This document shows positions 25,941 through 39,574 of a stretch of 64,000 bases of DNA, piece by piece; the first letter of the stretch is position 1, and every line of letters begins with the position of its first letter. The DNA is taken from assembly GCF_006345805.1 (NCBI RefSeq), contig NC_043013.1, forward strand, positions 40,052,001-40,116,000, given 5' to 3'. The stretch comes from Octopus sinensis (Eukaryota). The translations under genes were made by a program, and so were the position numbers. The notes below the pieces were generated by a model. The model ran no database searches. It saw nothing but the letters and a program-made list of their open reading frames with translations, and was not told where the DNA came from.

Positions 25941-28654
25941 GCAGTAGTCTTTTTTATCACGTGCTTTCCCTGCACTACCGAGCGCAGCTCTGTGTGCCTT
26001 GGGTATGTGCTGTGGTTTGTTGTGATGCTCTTATTTTTACTGTATTGAAAGTGCTTTACATAAGATGTATGCAGTGCCCAGCAGTGCTATTTTGTGTATG
26101 TTATATATACTTGTTAGTCCTGGTGTTTTTGTTATATATTTGTCTGAATATTTTTTATCATACCTAATGCGCCTACTGTGATAGGAAATAATTCTGATTT
26201 TTAGACTCTACATTCTAGGTCTTTGTATTCAGAAAGTTTCTCCATTTCTTTTCTAGAAACATTGTCATCTGTTGGTATTGATACATCGATTAGAAATCAT
26301 TTTTTTTTCTTGGTGATCTCTGACGACTATATCCAGCCTATTGGCCTTAATTTCTCTGTGCATTGGCATATCTCAAAGTATGGTTGCTTTCTCATTTTCT
26401 GTGACCTTTTCTGGCGTGTGGCTATAACATCTTTTTTCTGTTGTTATTCCATAATGTTGGCATAGTTTCCAGTGTATGTAAGTCCCAATTCTGTCGTGTC
26501 TGTGAGTATATTCCTTCTTAGCCTGGACTGGGCAGCTAGAAACAATATGATTTATTGTTTCTTCTCATCTCCACATATTCTGCAGTTACTTGTATTTCTT
26601 TTCATTACATGTTTTTGGTAATTTCTGGTGGGAAGGTTTTGATCTTGTGCTACAATTAAAATTCCTTCAGTCTCTGCTTTACGTCCTGAGCTTCTCAGCC
26701 ATTGTTGGGATTTTGCTTTGTCTAGTTCTTTTCTGTTTAGTTTAACCCAGTATTTGCCATGAAAGGGCTTTTCTTGCCATCGTTTTATCATGGTCTGTTG
26801 CTGTTCCAGTTTTAGTTTGGATTTCAGTTGTTTTACAGCTTTTGTTGTTTCTTCTTTTTCTTCATAGCTGTTAGGTACTATGACTTCTTTTTTGTATTTG
26901 CCAGCAATCTTAAAGACTGAAAACGCTTTTTTGTTTTGTACGCGTTTTGCGGCTATTTGTATTAGCTTTCCTTGCTTCTGGAGTAGGTATTTCTGTAGTC
27001 CTATGGTGATTATTTTGTAATGGTTTTCTAGTTGTATAAGGCCTCTACCACCTTCGATACGTTGTATATAAACCCTTCTATGTCGGATTTTGGGTGGTTC
27101 ATCCTAAATCCTGTCGTTATTTTCCCCGTTTTCCTGTCTATTTTGATTAGTTCAGTTAAGAATATTGAAGCTGTAGCTTATAACTGGGACGGCTAAAGTG
27201 TTGATGCCTATTATCTTGTTTTTCGCATTCGGTTCTGTTTTCAGTATTAATCTAACTCGTCTATAGTATTCTTTTTTTAGCTTCTCTTCATTTGTGTGTG
27301 TTTAATCGTATCCAGTTCATTGATTCCTAAATATTTGTATGTCTGGCATTGGTCTAATTCTCTTATTTCATTTCCTTTATCTAGTGTGATGTTGCTACTC
27401 TTAACTAGTTTTCCTCTTTTCAAGGTGCTTTGGCACATTTTTCTAAGCCAGATTTCATGTTTAATGTTTCCAACAGTTTATCATTTGTAGTGTACTGTTT
27501 TAGGTCATCCATATATAAGAGGTAGTTGATTGCTTTGCCGTAACAGTTGTATTCACATCCAGTTCTGTTTAGCATGTTAGATAAATGTGTCAGTTCCAAG
27601 CAGAAAAGGAGTGGAGAAAGCGTGTCTCCCTGGAATATTCCTCTTCTAATGGGGATGGCTTTGGTTTTTATGAGTCCCTTTTTTGTCTGGAGTTGTCGCA
27701 CTGTCTGCCATTTATTCATGGAATGTTTTATATCTCTATATATATAAAACTGAGAATGTGTGTCTGTCTGTGTTTCCCTAAAACTTGAGAACTACACAGC
27801 CAATTTCATTCAAATTTTACACATGCCTTACTTAAGGTCCGGGGAGTGTCATGGGCAAAACAAATGTTCAACCTCTTGCCTATGATAGAGCCCATAGCAA
27901 TATCATATCTTCTCCACTATTTCAATATTACGTGTTAAAAGTGAAACAAAAACATTTCTCTATTTTATGTCAGATACTTTCACTTTAATCTAGGATAACA
28001 CAACCAACCGAAATAAAAAATAAAATTAAAGACTATTGTCTATAAAGTATACAATGTAGAGGAAAAAATTATTTGAACACCTAGAGGAAAGCACTGTTGA
28101 AAAGTGTCTTGGTGCGACTATGAAAGATATCAAGTATCTAACCAGAGGCGGTAAATTCGCCACAATAGAAGCAAGGTTCGAGTCAACGGAGCGTACAAGG
28201 GAGTACTCGACTCGATAATTTTATAATTATTGGTGCTACCTTGTTCATAGCTAGTGTTTCTAGGATTCATGTGTGGGGAATACTATCAAAAGCCTTTCGG
28301 TAATCGATCCAGACAATACTTAGACCCTTCTTCTTTCTGTGGCTGTCTTCAGTTATGGTTTTATTGATCAGTAGTTGGTCTTTATAGCCGTATGAGATAT
28401 GCAGCATCCCTTCTGCTCTTCTGGAAACAGGTTTTCTTCCGGATGTTTGCTTATTCTCTGCGATATTATTGCAGTAAAGGCTTCGTAAATTATAGGGAGA
28501 TAGGTTATGTAGGCCTGTAATTTTGTGGGTTTGCCGTTTCAGTGGATTTGGGAATTAGGATAGTTTCCCTTCCATGAGCCATTCAGACATTGTCTCTCGC
28601 TCTGCTAGTATTTCATTAAATTTCTCAACCAGATTTTTATGTGTTCCTGTTAGA

Positions 28655-28655
<1 letters not shown>
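25941..28655 (-). mobile_element. 5'-truncated, decayed R4/Dong-like non-LTR retrotransposon (family A), interrupted at 27733-28217
   Basis: WIDYRKAFDSIPH, RGIFQGDTLSPLLF, LLYMDDLK, WLRSSG.KAETEG.I..AQDQ and CRICG. 3'UTR shared with 8791; 3' end abuts (AAT)n. Confidence 0.9.
27733..28217 (+). mobile_element. Helitron-like insertion (5' part) inside the RT region
   Basis: Starts a|TCTCTATATATATAAAA followed by (GTCT)-type repeats; RT reading resumes after about 28218. No canonical CTAG 3' end at the junction. Confidence 0.55.
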
Positions 28656-28712
<57 letters not shown>

Positions 28713-28806
28713 GGTGTGGTGGTGGTGGTGGTGGTGGTGGTAGTGGTGGTGGTGGTGTGGTGGTGGTGGTGGTGGTGGTGGTGGTGGTAGTAGTAGTAGT
28801 AGTAGT

Positions 28807-30010
28807 AAGGTAGCGAGTTGGAAGAATCGTTAGCACGCCGGACAAAATGCTTAGCGGCATTTCGTCCGTCTTTACGTTCTGAGTTCAAATTCCGCTGGGG
28901 TAGATTTTGCCTTTCATCCTTTTGGGGTCAATGAAATAAGTACCCGTTGAGTGCTGAGATCGATGTAATTGACTTACCTCTTTCCCCGAAATTGCTGTCC
29001 TTGAGCCAAAATTTGAAATCATTATTATTAAGGTGGCGAGCAATGAAAATCATAAATTCGCTGAATGAAATACTTAGCAATATTTCGTCCGTCGCTACTT
29101 TCTGGATTCAAATTCCGCTGGGGTCGACATTACCTTCCATCCTTTCGGGATCGATAAAATAAACACCAGTTGAGTACTGGGGTCGATGTAATCGAATATC
29201 CAAATTTCAGGCCTTATACCTATAGTAGAAAGGATTATTATTTAGATGGTGTCCAGAAAATATCATGAGCACGCACAAACGCTTAGAGGCATTTTGCCCG
29301 TCTTTACGTTCTGAGTTCAAATTCCGCCGAGGTCGACTTTGCCTTTCATCCTTTCGTGGTCGATAAAATACGTACCAGTTGTGTGCTGGGAGTCTATGTA
29401 ATCGACTAGCTCCCCCCCTATAAGTTTCAGGCCTTCTGCCTGTAGCAGAAACGATTATTAAGTCGGCGAGCTGACAGAATCGTTATCACGACAGACAAAA
29501 TGCTTGTTCGTATTTCTTTCGACTCTTGAGGTTCTAAGTCCAAATGCCGCCGATGTCGACTTTGCCTTTCATCCTTTCGTGTGTCGACAAAATAAGTACC
29601 AGTTGAACATTGGGGTCGATACAATCGACAAACGTTTTCACCTAAAATTGCTGGCCTCGAGTCAAAACAAATTTGAAACAATTTTCTTTTGTCTTTTTTT
29701 TTTGAGAAATTGCTTCGTCTCCCTTTCTGGAAAAAGGTGCGCAGTGTGCGGTTCCTCTAGAACCCTACTTAGTGCTCAACTTAACTGATTCTAAAGAAGG
29801 AGAGACACAGTCATAGAAATGAATAGATCCCAATACATAACAGATTTATATGAATCGATCTTGGAAAGACGAAAGGCAAAGTTGAACTGAAAACGCACAG
29901 CGCCGGAATCTTACGATATTGTCAGATAGCGATTAAGGTTTTCTATTTTTTGCCTGGGGTCTATGTAATTGACTAGCTCCCTCCTTATAAATTTCAGGCC
30001 TTCTGCCTAT
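28807..30010 (+). mobile_element. Head-to-tail array of about 5 family A SINEs
   Basis: Repeated head/core/tail units at about 28807, 29030, 29245, 29460 and 29940. Confidence 0.85.
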
Positions 30011-30452
30011 AGCTAGGTAAAGGTTATATGGCGTGGTTTCTATCATTTTGTTAGACTAAGATATATTTTAAGCAGTTTTTTTTTTCTCTCTCACTGAGGT
30101 AGTCCATTGCATTTTTTAAGTCTGAACTTATATCAAGAGAAACACAAGGTGGTAATGAAGTGAATCAATAAACCAATACATCGATAGCGTCGGACGAATG
30201 AATGCAATCAACAACATGGATATATGTAGATATGCAGACATGTATTCAGAAATGAGTATTATTTCACCTGTCTGAACATCTAGATTATATTTACGTAAAC
30301 ATAAGCGTGAGAGAGTGTGTATTTATATATATATATATAAGGGACATGTAAAGACATCCCTAAGGTGAATAAGTGTGACGTCTATACTTGTGTGTTTTGG
30401 TTGTAAATTGCGAATAAGCCACTTTAATGATTTATATTTGTGTGTGTGTGTG

Positions 30453-30546
<94 letters not shown>

Positions 30547-30547
30547 A

Positions 30548-31611
30548 TCAGGCCATTAAGAATGAAATGTCCGATTTTGAACTGATAGCTTCTCTGACTT
30601 TATCTCAACAAAAATCAATACAGTTGATCAAAGTATGCGCCTAAATTATCAGCGCAATTTTGCCATTTTATTGGTAGCTTGTATACGCCGGCACCGAAGA
30701 ATTCTGGAAAGCAAGAGGTGATAAAATCACAAAAGGCTGTTTTGGCATCTTCTTCATATTTGAAGATATTTTTTTCCTTGCAAAATGTTGTCTAATGGTT
30801 GGAAAACGTGATAGCCAGTTGGTGTAAGGTATGGCGAATATGGTGGATGACAGAGTGCTTCCAAGTTCCAACTTGAGTAGCGTTCTTTGTGCAACATGTA
30901 GTCGAGCATTGTCTTGCAAGAGAATTGGCCTTTCTCTATCGACCAATCTCAGTTGTTTAACTGCAAGTTCACTCATCATTTCATCCAATTGGTTGATATA
31001 TATATCCGCTGTAATTGACTTACCAGGTCTCATGAAGCTGTTGTGGATGATACCAGCGCTAGACCACCAAACAGACACCATTAGCTTTTTTTGGTGATTA
31101 TTATTTTTGGGATTGTGTTTTGGCACCTTGTCTCTATCCAATCACCGTACAGAATGCTTGCTATTGTTGAAAAGAATCCATTTTTCATCACACATAACAA
31201 TACGATTCAAAAATGGATCGCTTTTATGCCGTGACAGCAAAGGACAGTAAGTTTCAAGACAACGTGTCATTTGATGCTCATTCAGTTCGTGTGGTACCCA
31301 CTTATCCAGCTGCTTTACCTTGCCGATTTTTTCAATTGGTCCAATACAGTCGGAATCGAAACATCAAACCTTATTGTTAACTCACGCATAGTTTGACATG
31401 TATCTGCTTTTTATCTGACCATGGGTTCACAAAAATTGATTTACATGAGAAAACTCACAACATAACCAGACATCATTAATTGCATTTCGAAAAGTGATGA
31501 TGTACTTTTTCAATGTTGTGAAACAAAGAATTGTCAAGATAGAACATTAGAGTTAAGGACTTGCAAACTGGATGCATAAGAAAATCGGACATTTCATTCT
31601 TAATGACCTGA
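30548..31611 (-). mobile_element. Mariner transposon with decayed, N-terminally deleted DD34D transposase (Hsmar1/cecropia-like sequence)
   Basis: ~30-bp TIRs tcagg(c/t)cattaagaatgaaatgtccgatttt with TA on the right and CA on the left; motifs WVPHEL, IVMCDEKW, LLQDNAR and HPPYSP. Confidence 0.92.
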
Positions 31612-32033
31612 TATATCTATATATATTTGTTCATACATACGTATGATCCGATGCACCATTCAGGTTTCGCCTCTAGTCTTTCTTGCGTTCAGCTCCCATA
31701 ACCGCGGGTACACACTGATCCTCCACATTCAAAGGCGTGCTATGATGTAATACAATTGCATTTATACTGTGATGTCATGTGTTGCCGATTACTGAAACAT
31801 ATGTAACATGAAATAGGTACTGTAACATGATATAAAGGAATGCGCCAGACAAAATGTTTAGCAGTATTTCTTCTTTGATTTACGTTCTGACTTCAAATAC
31901 CACCGAAGTTGACTTTGCTTTTCAGCCTTTTGGACTCCATAAAATAAGTACCAGTTGAGCACTGGAAGCGATGTATTCGACTTACGTCTGCCCTAAAAAT
32001 TGCTGACCTTGTGCCAAAATCTAAAACCAATTT

Positions 32034-32128
<95 letters not shown>

Positions 32129-32139
32129 TATATAAATAG

Positions 32140-32466
32140 GCGCATGGTCGTGGATTCAGTTCCACTGCGTGTCTTCAACTATTGCCTTGGACCGACCAAA
32201 GCCTTGTCAGTGGAAACTGAAAGAAGCCCGTCGTGTATATATGTATTTATTTATATGCGTGTGTCTTTGTTTCAGTGTTTTTCCCCGCTTAACGGTGTTG
32301 GTGCGTTTACAACCCCGAAATTTAATGGTTCGGCAAAAGACAACGATAAAATAACTACAAGTCTTTAAAAGATGTAAGTACCAGGGTGGATTCGCTCAAA
32401 TAAAATTCCTCAAGGCGGTGCTCCAACATGGCTGCAATCTGATGCCTGAATCAAATGAAAGATAAA

Positions 32467-32470
<4 letters not shown>
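32140..32470 (+). mobile_element. tRNA-derived SINE family G. Other copies or fragments: 46170-46350 (-), 48050-48125 (-), 58430-58600 with 59055-59270 (+), 61028-61402 (+), 62590-62740, 62745-63000
   Basis: Shared gccgaccaaagccttgtgagtgga.ttggtagacggaaactgaaagaagcccgtc, internal (TA/TG)n tract, and tail ggcggtgctccagcatggccgcagtcaaatgactgaaac. Confidence 0.85.
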
Positions 32471-32529
<59 letters not shown>

Positions 32530-32714
32530 ACTGATCCGTGATAGAAAATTCAAAAAAAAAGTACTCCATCTGGTGGCAGATGAATATTATTATTTAAAGG
32601 TCACAATACATGTATTAAAGCGCTACTAATAGTTTCATGTGCCAAAATCTAAAACCATAATATAGATGCATATATATATATATATATATATAATATATAT
32701 ATAATATATATATA

Positions 32715-33878
32715 TCTTATTATAAAAGGCAGATTTTATCTGCCTCCCTTTGGGAGCTATACAAATCTACAATATAGGATTTCTTCAATTACAATTTACC
32801 TACCATTTTTAAGAGTAGAATACATCGCGTCATGCCAGGTCCAGTTTTTAAAATTTAAACTCCAATTAAGCAAAATTTACAGAAAACTCACATTCTGGTG
32901 TGTGTGTCAAATGCTTTTCTTAGTCTGGTTTACACCACACGCAAACGCACACACACAGTGTGCAACGAATAAAATGAAAGTAAATAGCGACAGAGTGATT
33001 TGAGGAAGATTAAACTGAAAGTATTTAAACCACTACTCAAAAAATAAAAAAACACAGCAAACAGAAACAAATAAATACATAACCATTTACTCCTCACACA
33101 ATTTCTTGAATTAGAATTTACCTAAGATTTTTCAAAGTACTTCAGTGGGTGATGCCATAAAAAATCTCTTTCAATTTTACCACCAATTAAGACAAAATTC
33201 GAGAAAACTCAATATTTTAACATATCACTCCGAAAGCATTGATGTACATGTGTGCGTGCGTGAGTGTGTGTGTGTCATTCCTCACACACACGCATACACA
33301 TACATATACAACTACATACAACTACATACACATACAACTACATACAAACACGTGTGTGTTTGTTATTAGTAAAAAAGGCGCCAAAACTCAACTCACTTGT
33401 CATTCCAACACATTTGCAAAGACACACGGACGGACAGAAAAGGTAAATTGGTTTTTATTTTACTCTGTATATATTTTATTATATAATATTATATATAGAT
33501 ATATGTATATATAATTGCAGTATGAAACAGTGTTTATGTATAAACAGACGACACTTATATATAGTTACCAAGCCGCCCGAATTTACCTATTCATATTTAA
33601 ATGAGAATATCAGAGCAAATCTCTTTAGTACATTCGTGAAAACACGTATTATACTTCGTAAACACTTCAACTACAGTTTTGTACAAAAATCGAAGTGTAA
33701 TTTTAATTCCGTGAATTATGGGAGATTTTTTTCCGAAATTTGTTCCTATTGTGTTTTCAAAATTTGTAATTCTGACAAAAAATGGATACGAATTTCATTA
33801 TATCAAGCAGCGAGTCAGAATTCGAAGGATTTTCTACTGAAGACCTTCATAAAGGTCTATGACTGAAAAAAAAAAGCA
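32715..33878 (+). mobile_element. Probable non-autonomous Helitron upstream segment
   Basis: a|TCTTATTATAAAA start inside (TA)n; no CTAG end of its own before 33879. Confidence 0.5.
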
Positions 33879-34272
33879 TCTTTATATAAGAGTGAAGTTG
33901 TGTGTCTGTCTCCTACGACTTAGATTCCTAACTACTCCCACATTTTGCGGTGCAGTTTAACCAAAAGCGGGTATCTTATAGTCGTGATTCATATCGAGCC
34001 CTTCTGGGTATTAGCGTGCGTCTACGATGAGTCTACGATTTAAAAAAAATTTACCATCATATTTTTCCATTTTAATGCATTTTTTCGCTTTTATATAAGG
34101 GAAGTAACTCTCTACAAATATCTACGATGTGTCAACGATTTAAAAAATAATTTACCTTAATTTTTTTTCAATTTTTAATGCATTTTTTTGCTATTTTTTG
34201 GCTATAACTCTCTAAAAATGCTTATATATTTATTTCCCTTACAACCCGAGCAACGCCGGGCGATACTGCTAG
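33879..34272 (+). mobile_element. Non-autonomous Helitron
   Basis: 5' TC after A, (GTCT) motif, subterminal hairpin cccgagcaacgccggg, and 3' CTAG followed by T. Confidence 0.85.
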
Positions 34273-35160
34273 TATATATATATATATATATATATATAGT
34301 AAAACATAACTGCCACCACTACTACATGAACTTGAAGATTGCATAGTTTAATGCATGAAAGTACTAGTTCAATTAGAATGGACATTTAATATTCTATCAT
34401 TTCATTATATTATATTATCTTATATTATATCTTTATAAGATTGTTAATAAAACGTAAAAGTCAAAGCTGGAATTTCTTTGAGTAATATATTCTCCTATAC
34501 AGTGTTCTATGAGAAGGGGCTTTTAATGATTCATTGCGCTTTTGAGAAGAGTATTGTCTTGAAGTGGCTGTGTAATAAGTTTTCTTCTTTCCAAACCACG
34601 TTACGTCCCAGAAGGAATATATACGCCAAAGAAACCGAAAACCTCCCCAATGTTTCTTACGGACACTTACCACAGACACCTGATTCGGAGAAAAAAATGC
34701 TAAATTGCTGAAATATTATATGTCTAGGAAGAGTCATATTCTTTTATTCTTTTATTCTTTTACTTGTTTCAGTCATTTGACTGTGGCCATGCTGGGGCTG
34801 TCAATATTAATAACACGTGCTCTGGTTCAATTCCACTCCTTTACTATTAGTCACTGAAAAGGTTGAACAAATAAAGAGCTTTCACCAAAAAAAGGGGCAC
34901 CAAAATAAAACAAATGATTTACTGTTTAAGCGAGTTAAAAATACAATCGCGTGGCTTAGTGGTTAAGGCATTTGCCTCACTATCGTACGGCCATAAGTTC
35001 GATACCCGACGGCGCGTTGTGTCCTTGAGCAAGACACGTTATTTCACGTTGTTCCAGCCCACTCAGCTGGCAAACATGAGTTTCATTTGTAATTGAAAGG
35101 TCCAGCCTTGTCACATTCTGCGTCACGTTGAATCCCACCTAATAACTACGTTAAGGGCAC

Positions 35161-35327
35161 ATTTCTACTCGCAATACCAGAGGGCGCACACTCTCCTATC
35201 CTTATGTAATCTCCAGGGATACAGGCATCCAGCAACAGGACCTCCGTAATGCCACAATGGACCGTGAAGTCTGGCGTAGCATGGTAAATTCCATTGTCTC
35301 GACCACGGTCGAACAATGATGATGATG
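35161..35327 (+). mobile_element. 3' fragment of an RTE-like LINE nested in a family F SINE
   Basis: ...RDTGIQQQDLRNATMDREVWRSMVNSIVSTTVEQ*, then a (TGA)n tail; imperfect TSD aagggcac/aaggtcac. Confidence 0.75.
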
Positions 35328-35759
35328 AAGGTCACGTGTTTGTGGAGTGCCAACCACTTTATTTCACGTTGCTCCAGCCCAGGCTGTTCTGTTGATCGGA
35401 TCAACTGGTACACTCATCGTCGTAATCGACGGAGTAACTGTGTGTGTGCACGTGCGCGTCTATACATGTATGTGTGTTTTTTGTATTGGTGGTTGTGCAG
35501 GATGGCGATGTATGCGTATATGTATTTTAGCACGAGGGCAAAAGTATGGGAAAGATGTAAGTGTAGGTGTGGACTTGTGGTGGTGTGTTTGTGTGTGGCG
35601 GAGGATGTGTGCATGTGCTTGTGTTTGTGTTTATTGGTGTGAATGTGTGTACGTATGAGATGTTTGTGTGTTTGGCTGTGTGTGTAGACGTGTGGGACGC
35701 GTGGTTTTAGGGTTTATGTGTATCTGTATGAAGAGATGAAAGTGTGTGTATGTTTGTGT

Positions 35760-35965
35760 GTGAAAGAGAGAGAGAAAGAGAAAGAGAGAGAGAAAAAGTG
35801 AGAGAGAGAAATAGAGAGAGAAAGAGAGAGAGAGAAATAGAGAGAGAGAAAGAGAGAGAGAGAGAGGGAAATAGAGAGAAAGAGAGAGAGAAAGAGAAAG
35901 AGAGGGAGAGAAAAAGTGAGAGAGGGAAATAGAGAGAAAGAGAGAAAGAGAGAGAGAGAGAGAGG
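35760..35965. repeat. (GA)-rich polypurine tract; similar (CT)-rich tracts at 55225-55790 and 59485-60125
   Basis: Seen directly. Confidence 0.9.
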
Positions 35966-38900
35966 TGGTAGCGTGCGTGGAGATGCTTGTGTGGCCGGGT
36001 GTATAGGATGTTTGCGTGTCTGGGTGTATGAGACACGTGTGGTTGTAGGGTTTATGTGCATTTGTATGAATAGATGTGTGTGTATGAGAGAGAGAGGGGT
36101 AGCGTGCGTGGAAACGTCCTGTGTGCCCGGGTGTAGTAAAGGAGAGTGTGTGGGCGTAGGTGTGCGGTGATGTTTGGGTGTGGAGGGATGCTCCGTTGTA
36201 ACTATACATGTATGAGCATGTATTTATTTTTTACTAATGGTGAACTGATTAACACCTTATGATAATTAACTCACGCTAATCCAGTGCTATTCATCGACAC
36301 CAAAGCACAGTCACTCTACGAGTCAAGGAAACACGCCAACATTGCACCCTCTCTTCGTTGTCAACAATAAAACTAAACGATTCGACGAGGAATACAAAAT
36401 AGGGATTAAAATAGGGAAGCGCTAACCTTAAAACAAATTTGATGGAATTCTATGAGAGTTCAGTTACGAAATTGGCATTTTTGATCGAACCATTGTTCCC
36501 TATTTTAATCCTCACTTTCCACTTCAACTTATACCGGAGATGAAATGTTTTGTTCTTCAAAACTTTGAATCAGTCAAGCATAGAAATTCCTTTACTATAG
36601 CCACCTTTTGTACAAGTTGTGAAACTGGCGTACTTGACAGAGGCTATTCATGATTCTGCCAGTAAGTTGCAGTTAGAAGAAAACAAAGTGTCAGGGAGTG
36701 ATCGAAATACTGGATTCCTTGAGCCTTCTAGGGCAATCGTTCTTGACTTTTTTCTTCTTTTTTTTTTACCTATGGAATCACTTTGGTTACTATTTTACTC
36801 TGGTGGAACCCCCTAACCATTCCATGTTCTCAAGGTGGTTTTGTAGATGCTTCTTTACAAAATTCCTATTTTGTTTTTTGGCCCATTTACTTGTGTAGGT
36901 TTCCAACAGCTCTCACGAAAGAACCTGTTTCAATGGCTGGAAACGCTGAATAATGTTAAGCGTTTGACAAAGAAATCTGTTCTTTGCAATAAATCTAAAA
37001 CAAAGGGTTTTTTTATTATTTACCTCTACGAGTTTGCTAGTGTGGACCTCACCACCACCACCACCACCACAAAAAATTTATATGAACCCCCACCAGAGGC
37101 CATTGAAAACACTGTACTAAGATGGCGCTTTTCTGCTCCTTTGTGGGTGGCTGTCTTTGTCTACATTATGATAGCGTTCGTTTCTCGTGTTGTATTACAT
37201 TTTCGCTCAAGCCCCCGTTTATTTTTATAGATACACCCTCACGTTTTGCTACATGACATGTTTTGTATTATACGATATGTCCTTGAGGCTGATAAAGCCA
37301 ACATTGCTGTATGATGAAGAAATCTTTATTATCGTTGTTCTTGTTACTGTTAATACCATAATCATCTCCATCATCTCCATCATCATTCTTTTATTTCTAT
37401 CATTATTGTATTTCTCTGAACTATTGACGTCACAGCTGAAAGAGAGTTAGAGAGAGAGTGAGAGAGAGACATGCAGCCATCATTAGCTCTGTAAATACAA
37501 AATATTTGTGTCTTTTTTTATTTTAAAAAGACAAGCCAAGACAATACACGCCACTAATATGCGGACACATTTCCTGAAGTTAGCACAATAAAGCTTCTTT
37601 GGAATTATCTATGGAAAGAAAATGGCCAGCAAACTTTCTATTGCTATTCAAATAGGTGTTGTGAGCCGAACATTTCGGTTTTTCCTTTCATTTCGTTTCG
37701 TTTCGTCGCCAGATTATATCCCGGTGAGAAATCTATGAATATATGAATAAAACTATCATATTTAACATGTTTTGTTTTTATTTTCCTGTACTGAAAATAC
37801 TCAACGTGTAAATAGGTGACAAACGCAGCTATTTAACCGATCATACATCTACTAGCTAACTGCCTACTTATCTACGTATTTGATTATCTACATCTTTATG
37901 CAGATATACCTATAATTTTGTTTTTCTTTGCTATTAGCCTCGCGGCGAAAAGTAAACGAGTGTAAACAAATGTTTATATTTCTGCAAAAGATGCGCAGTT
38001 ATGCAAATTAGACTGACGATTTCAGCTGGTTTATGGCTGATATAAATAGCTATAAGTTGCCGATCTCAACATGGGCCGAATATGAAAGTATTTATTCTCG
38101 AGTAAGTTTCTAAAATGAGATTAGAAGATTCTAGAATGGCCCTCCCTACTGAGAGATATCAGCATTTGTTTGCACTCGTCTACATTTTGTAGCGAGGCTA
38201 ATGAAAAACGATTCGATGGTAGATTTACAATAAATTTCAGATTAATCAAAAATGCTGTGAAGCGCAAAATCAATTATGATGTTTTTAATTAATTCATTTA
38301 TTAACTCTTTCGCAAATGAATGCACCGTTATGCAAGTTACATCCTGGTTTGTGTCCGATATTAAAAGTTGTAAGTAATCAAACCCACCGTGGGACCTATA
38401 TAAACGTATTTGTTTTCGATTGGGTGTCAAGAAAATGGTGATTAAATTAGTTAAACTGGTCAAGACAATCATGAAAGGATTCTATCCACGGTGAGATAGC
38501 AACATATAACGAGGCTAATTAAAAAAAAATTGAAGTTAGACTTACCATAAATTTCAGATAACCAAAAATATTGTGAAGTGCATAATTGATTAATTGATTA
38601 ATTAATTTACTAATGAATGCACCTTTATGCCAATTACAATTACTGTTTCAGGTTTGTGCTTGATATAAATAGCGGTAAGCTTTCAATTTTCCAGTGGGGA
38701 GAAATTTTGGATGTTTGTTCTCAGTTCAGTCTTCAAAAAATGACGAAATTAGTCGAGATGATCCTTATATTTTTCTAACCACGGTGAGAAATGAACTTTT
38801 GATAACATTTCATAGTAAGTTTTAATGCAAGGTTTTAGATGAAGGCGCATTGCTCAGTGGGTAGAGCGTCGGGCTCACAACCATGTGGTGGCGAGTTCGA

Positions 38901-39249
38901 TTCCCGGACCGGGTTGTGTGTTGCGTTCTTGAGCAAGACTCTTTATTTCACATTGCTCCAGTTCACTCAGCTGTAGAAATGAGTTGCGATGTCACTGGCA
39001 TCAAGCTGTATCGACCTTTGCCTTTTTCCTTGGATAACATTGCTGGCATGGAAAGGGAAGGTTGGTATGCATGGGCGAGTGCTGGTCTTCCATAAACAAC
39101 TTTTCCCGGACTTGTGCCTTGGAAAGGAACTTTCTAGGTGCAATTTCATGATCATCGAAGGGAGTTTTTACCCGTTTTTTTACCAGATGTACCTACATCA
39201 ATTTTCAGATTTATCGCATTACTAGTGAAGTCACTTATTTACTTTTATA

Positions 39250-39500
39250 TTGGTTTGGTGCATAATTATTGCGGCTTTTTTTCAACAAATTTTATTCAAC
39301 AAAAACAATAACAATATTTAAGAAAAGCATCTTTAAATGACGGTGGTCTGACCGTCTACTAAGCAAATGGGAAGCAGTAATTGACGTAGATGGTGAATCT
39401 GCTCCGGAATAATCATTTAAAGATGTTTTTGTTACATGTTATTGCTTTTGTTGAATAAAATTTGTTGAAAAAAAGCCGCAATAATTATGCACCAACAAAA
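39250..39500 (+). mobile_element. Mariner deletion derivative (MITE) with long TIRs
   Basis: TIR ttggtttggtgcataattattgcggctttt resembles Hsmar1; arms about 80 bp; interior encodes RLLSKWEAVIDVDGESAPE*. Confidence 0.85.
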
Positions 39501-39574
39501 TCTAAACCTTGGATGACCAACAAGATCTTATTGGCCCAAAGGCCCTTACAGAACGTCTAGAAACAACATGTTGT

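Noticed and set aside
28807-30010. CRISPR-like or satellite array
   Set aside because: The units are diverged whole SINEs of about 210 bp, not short repeats with unique spacers.
33837-33870. CTGAAGA plus hairpin as a hammerhead
   Set aside because: No stem III or cleavage triplet; followed by poly-A.
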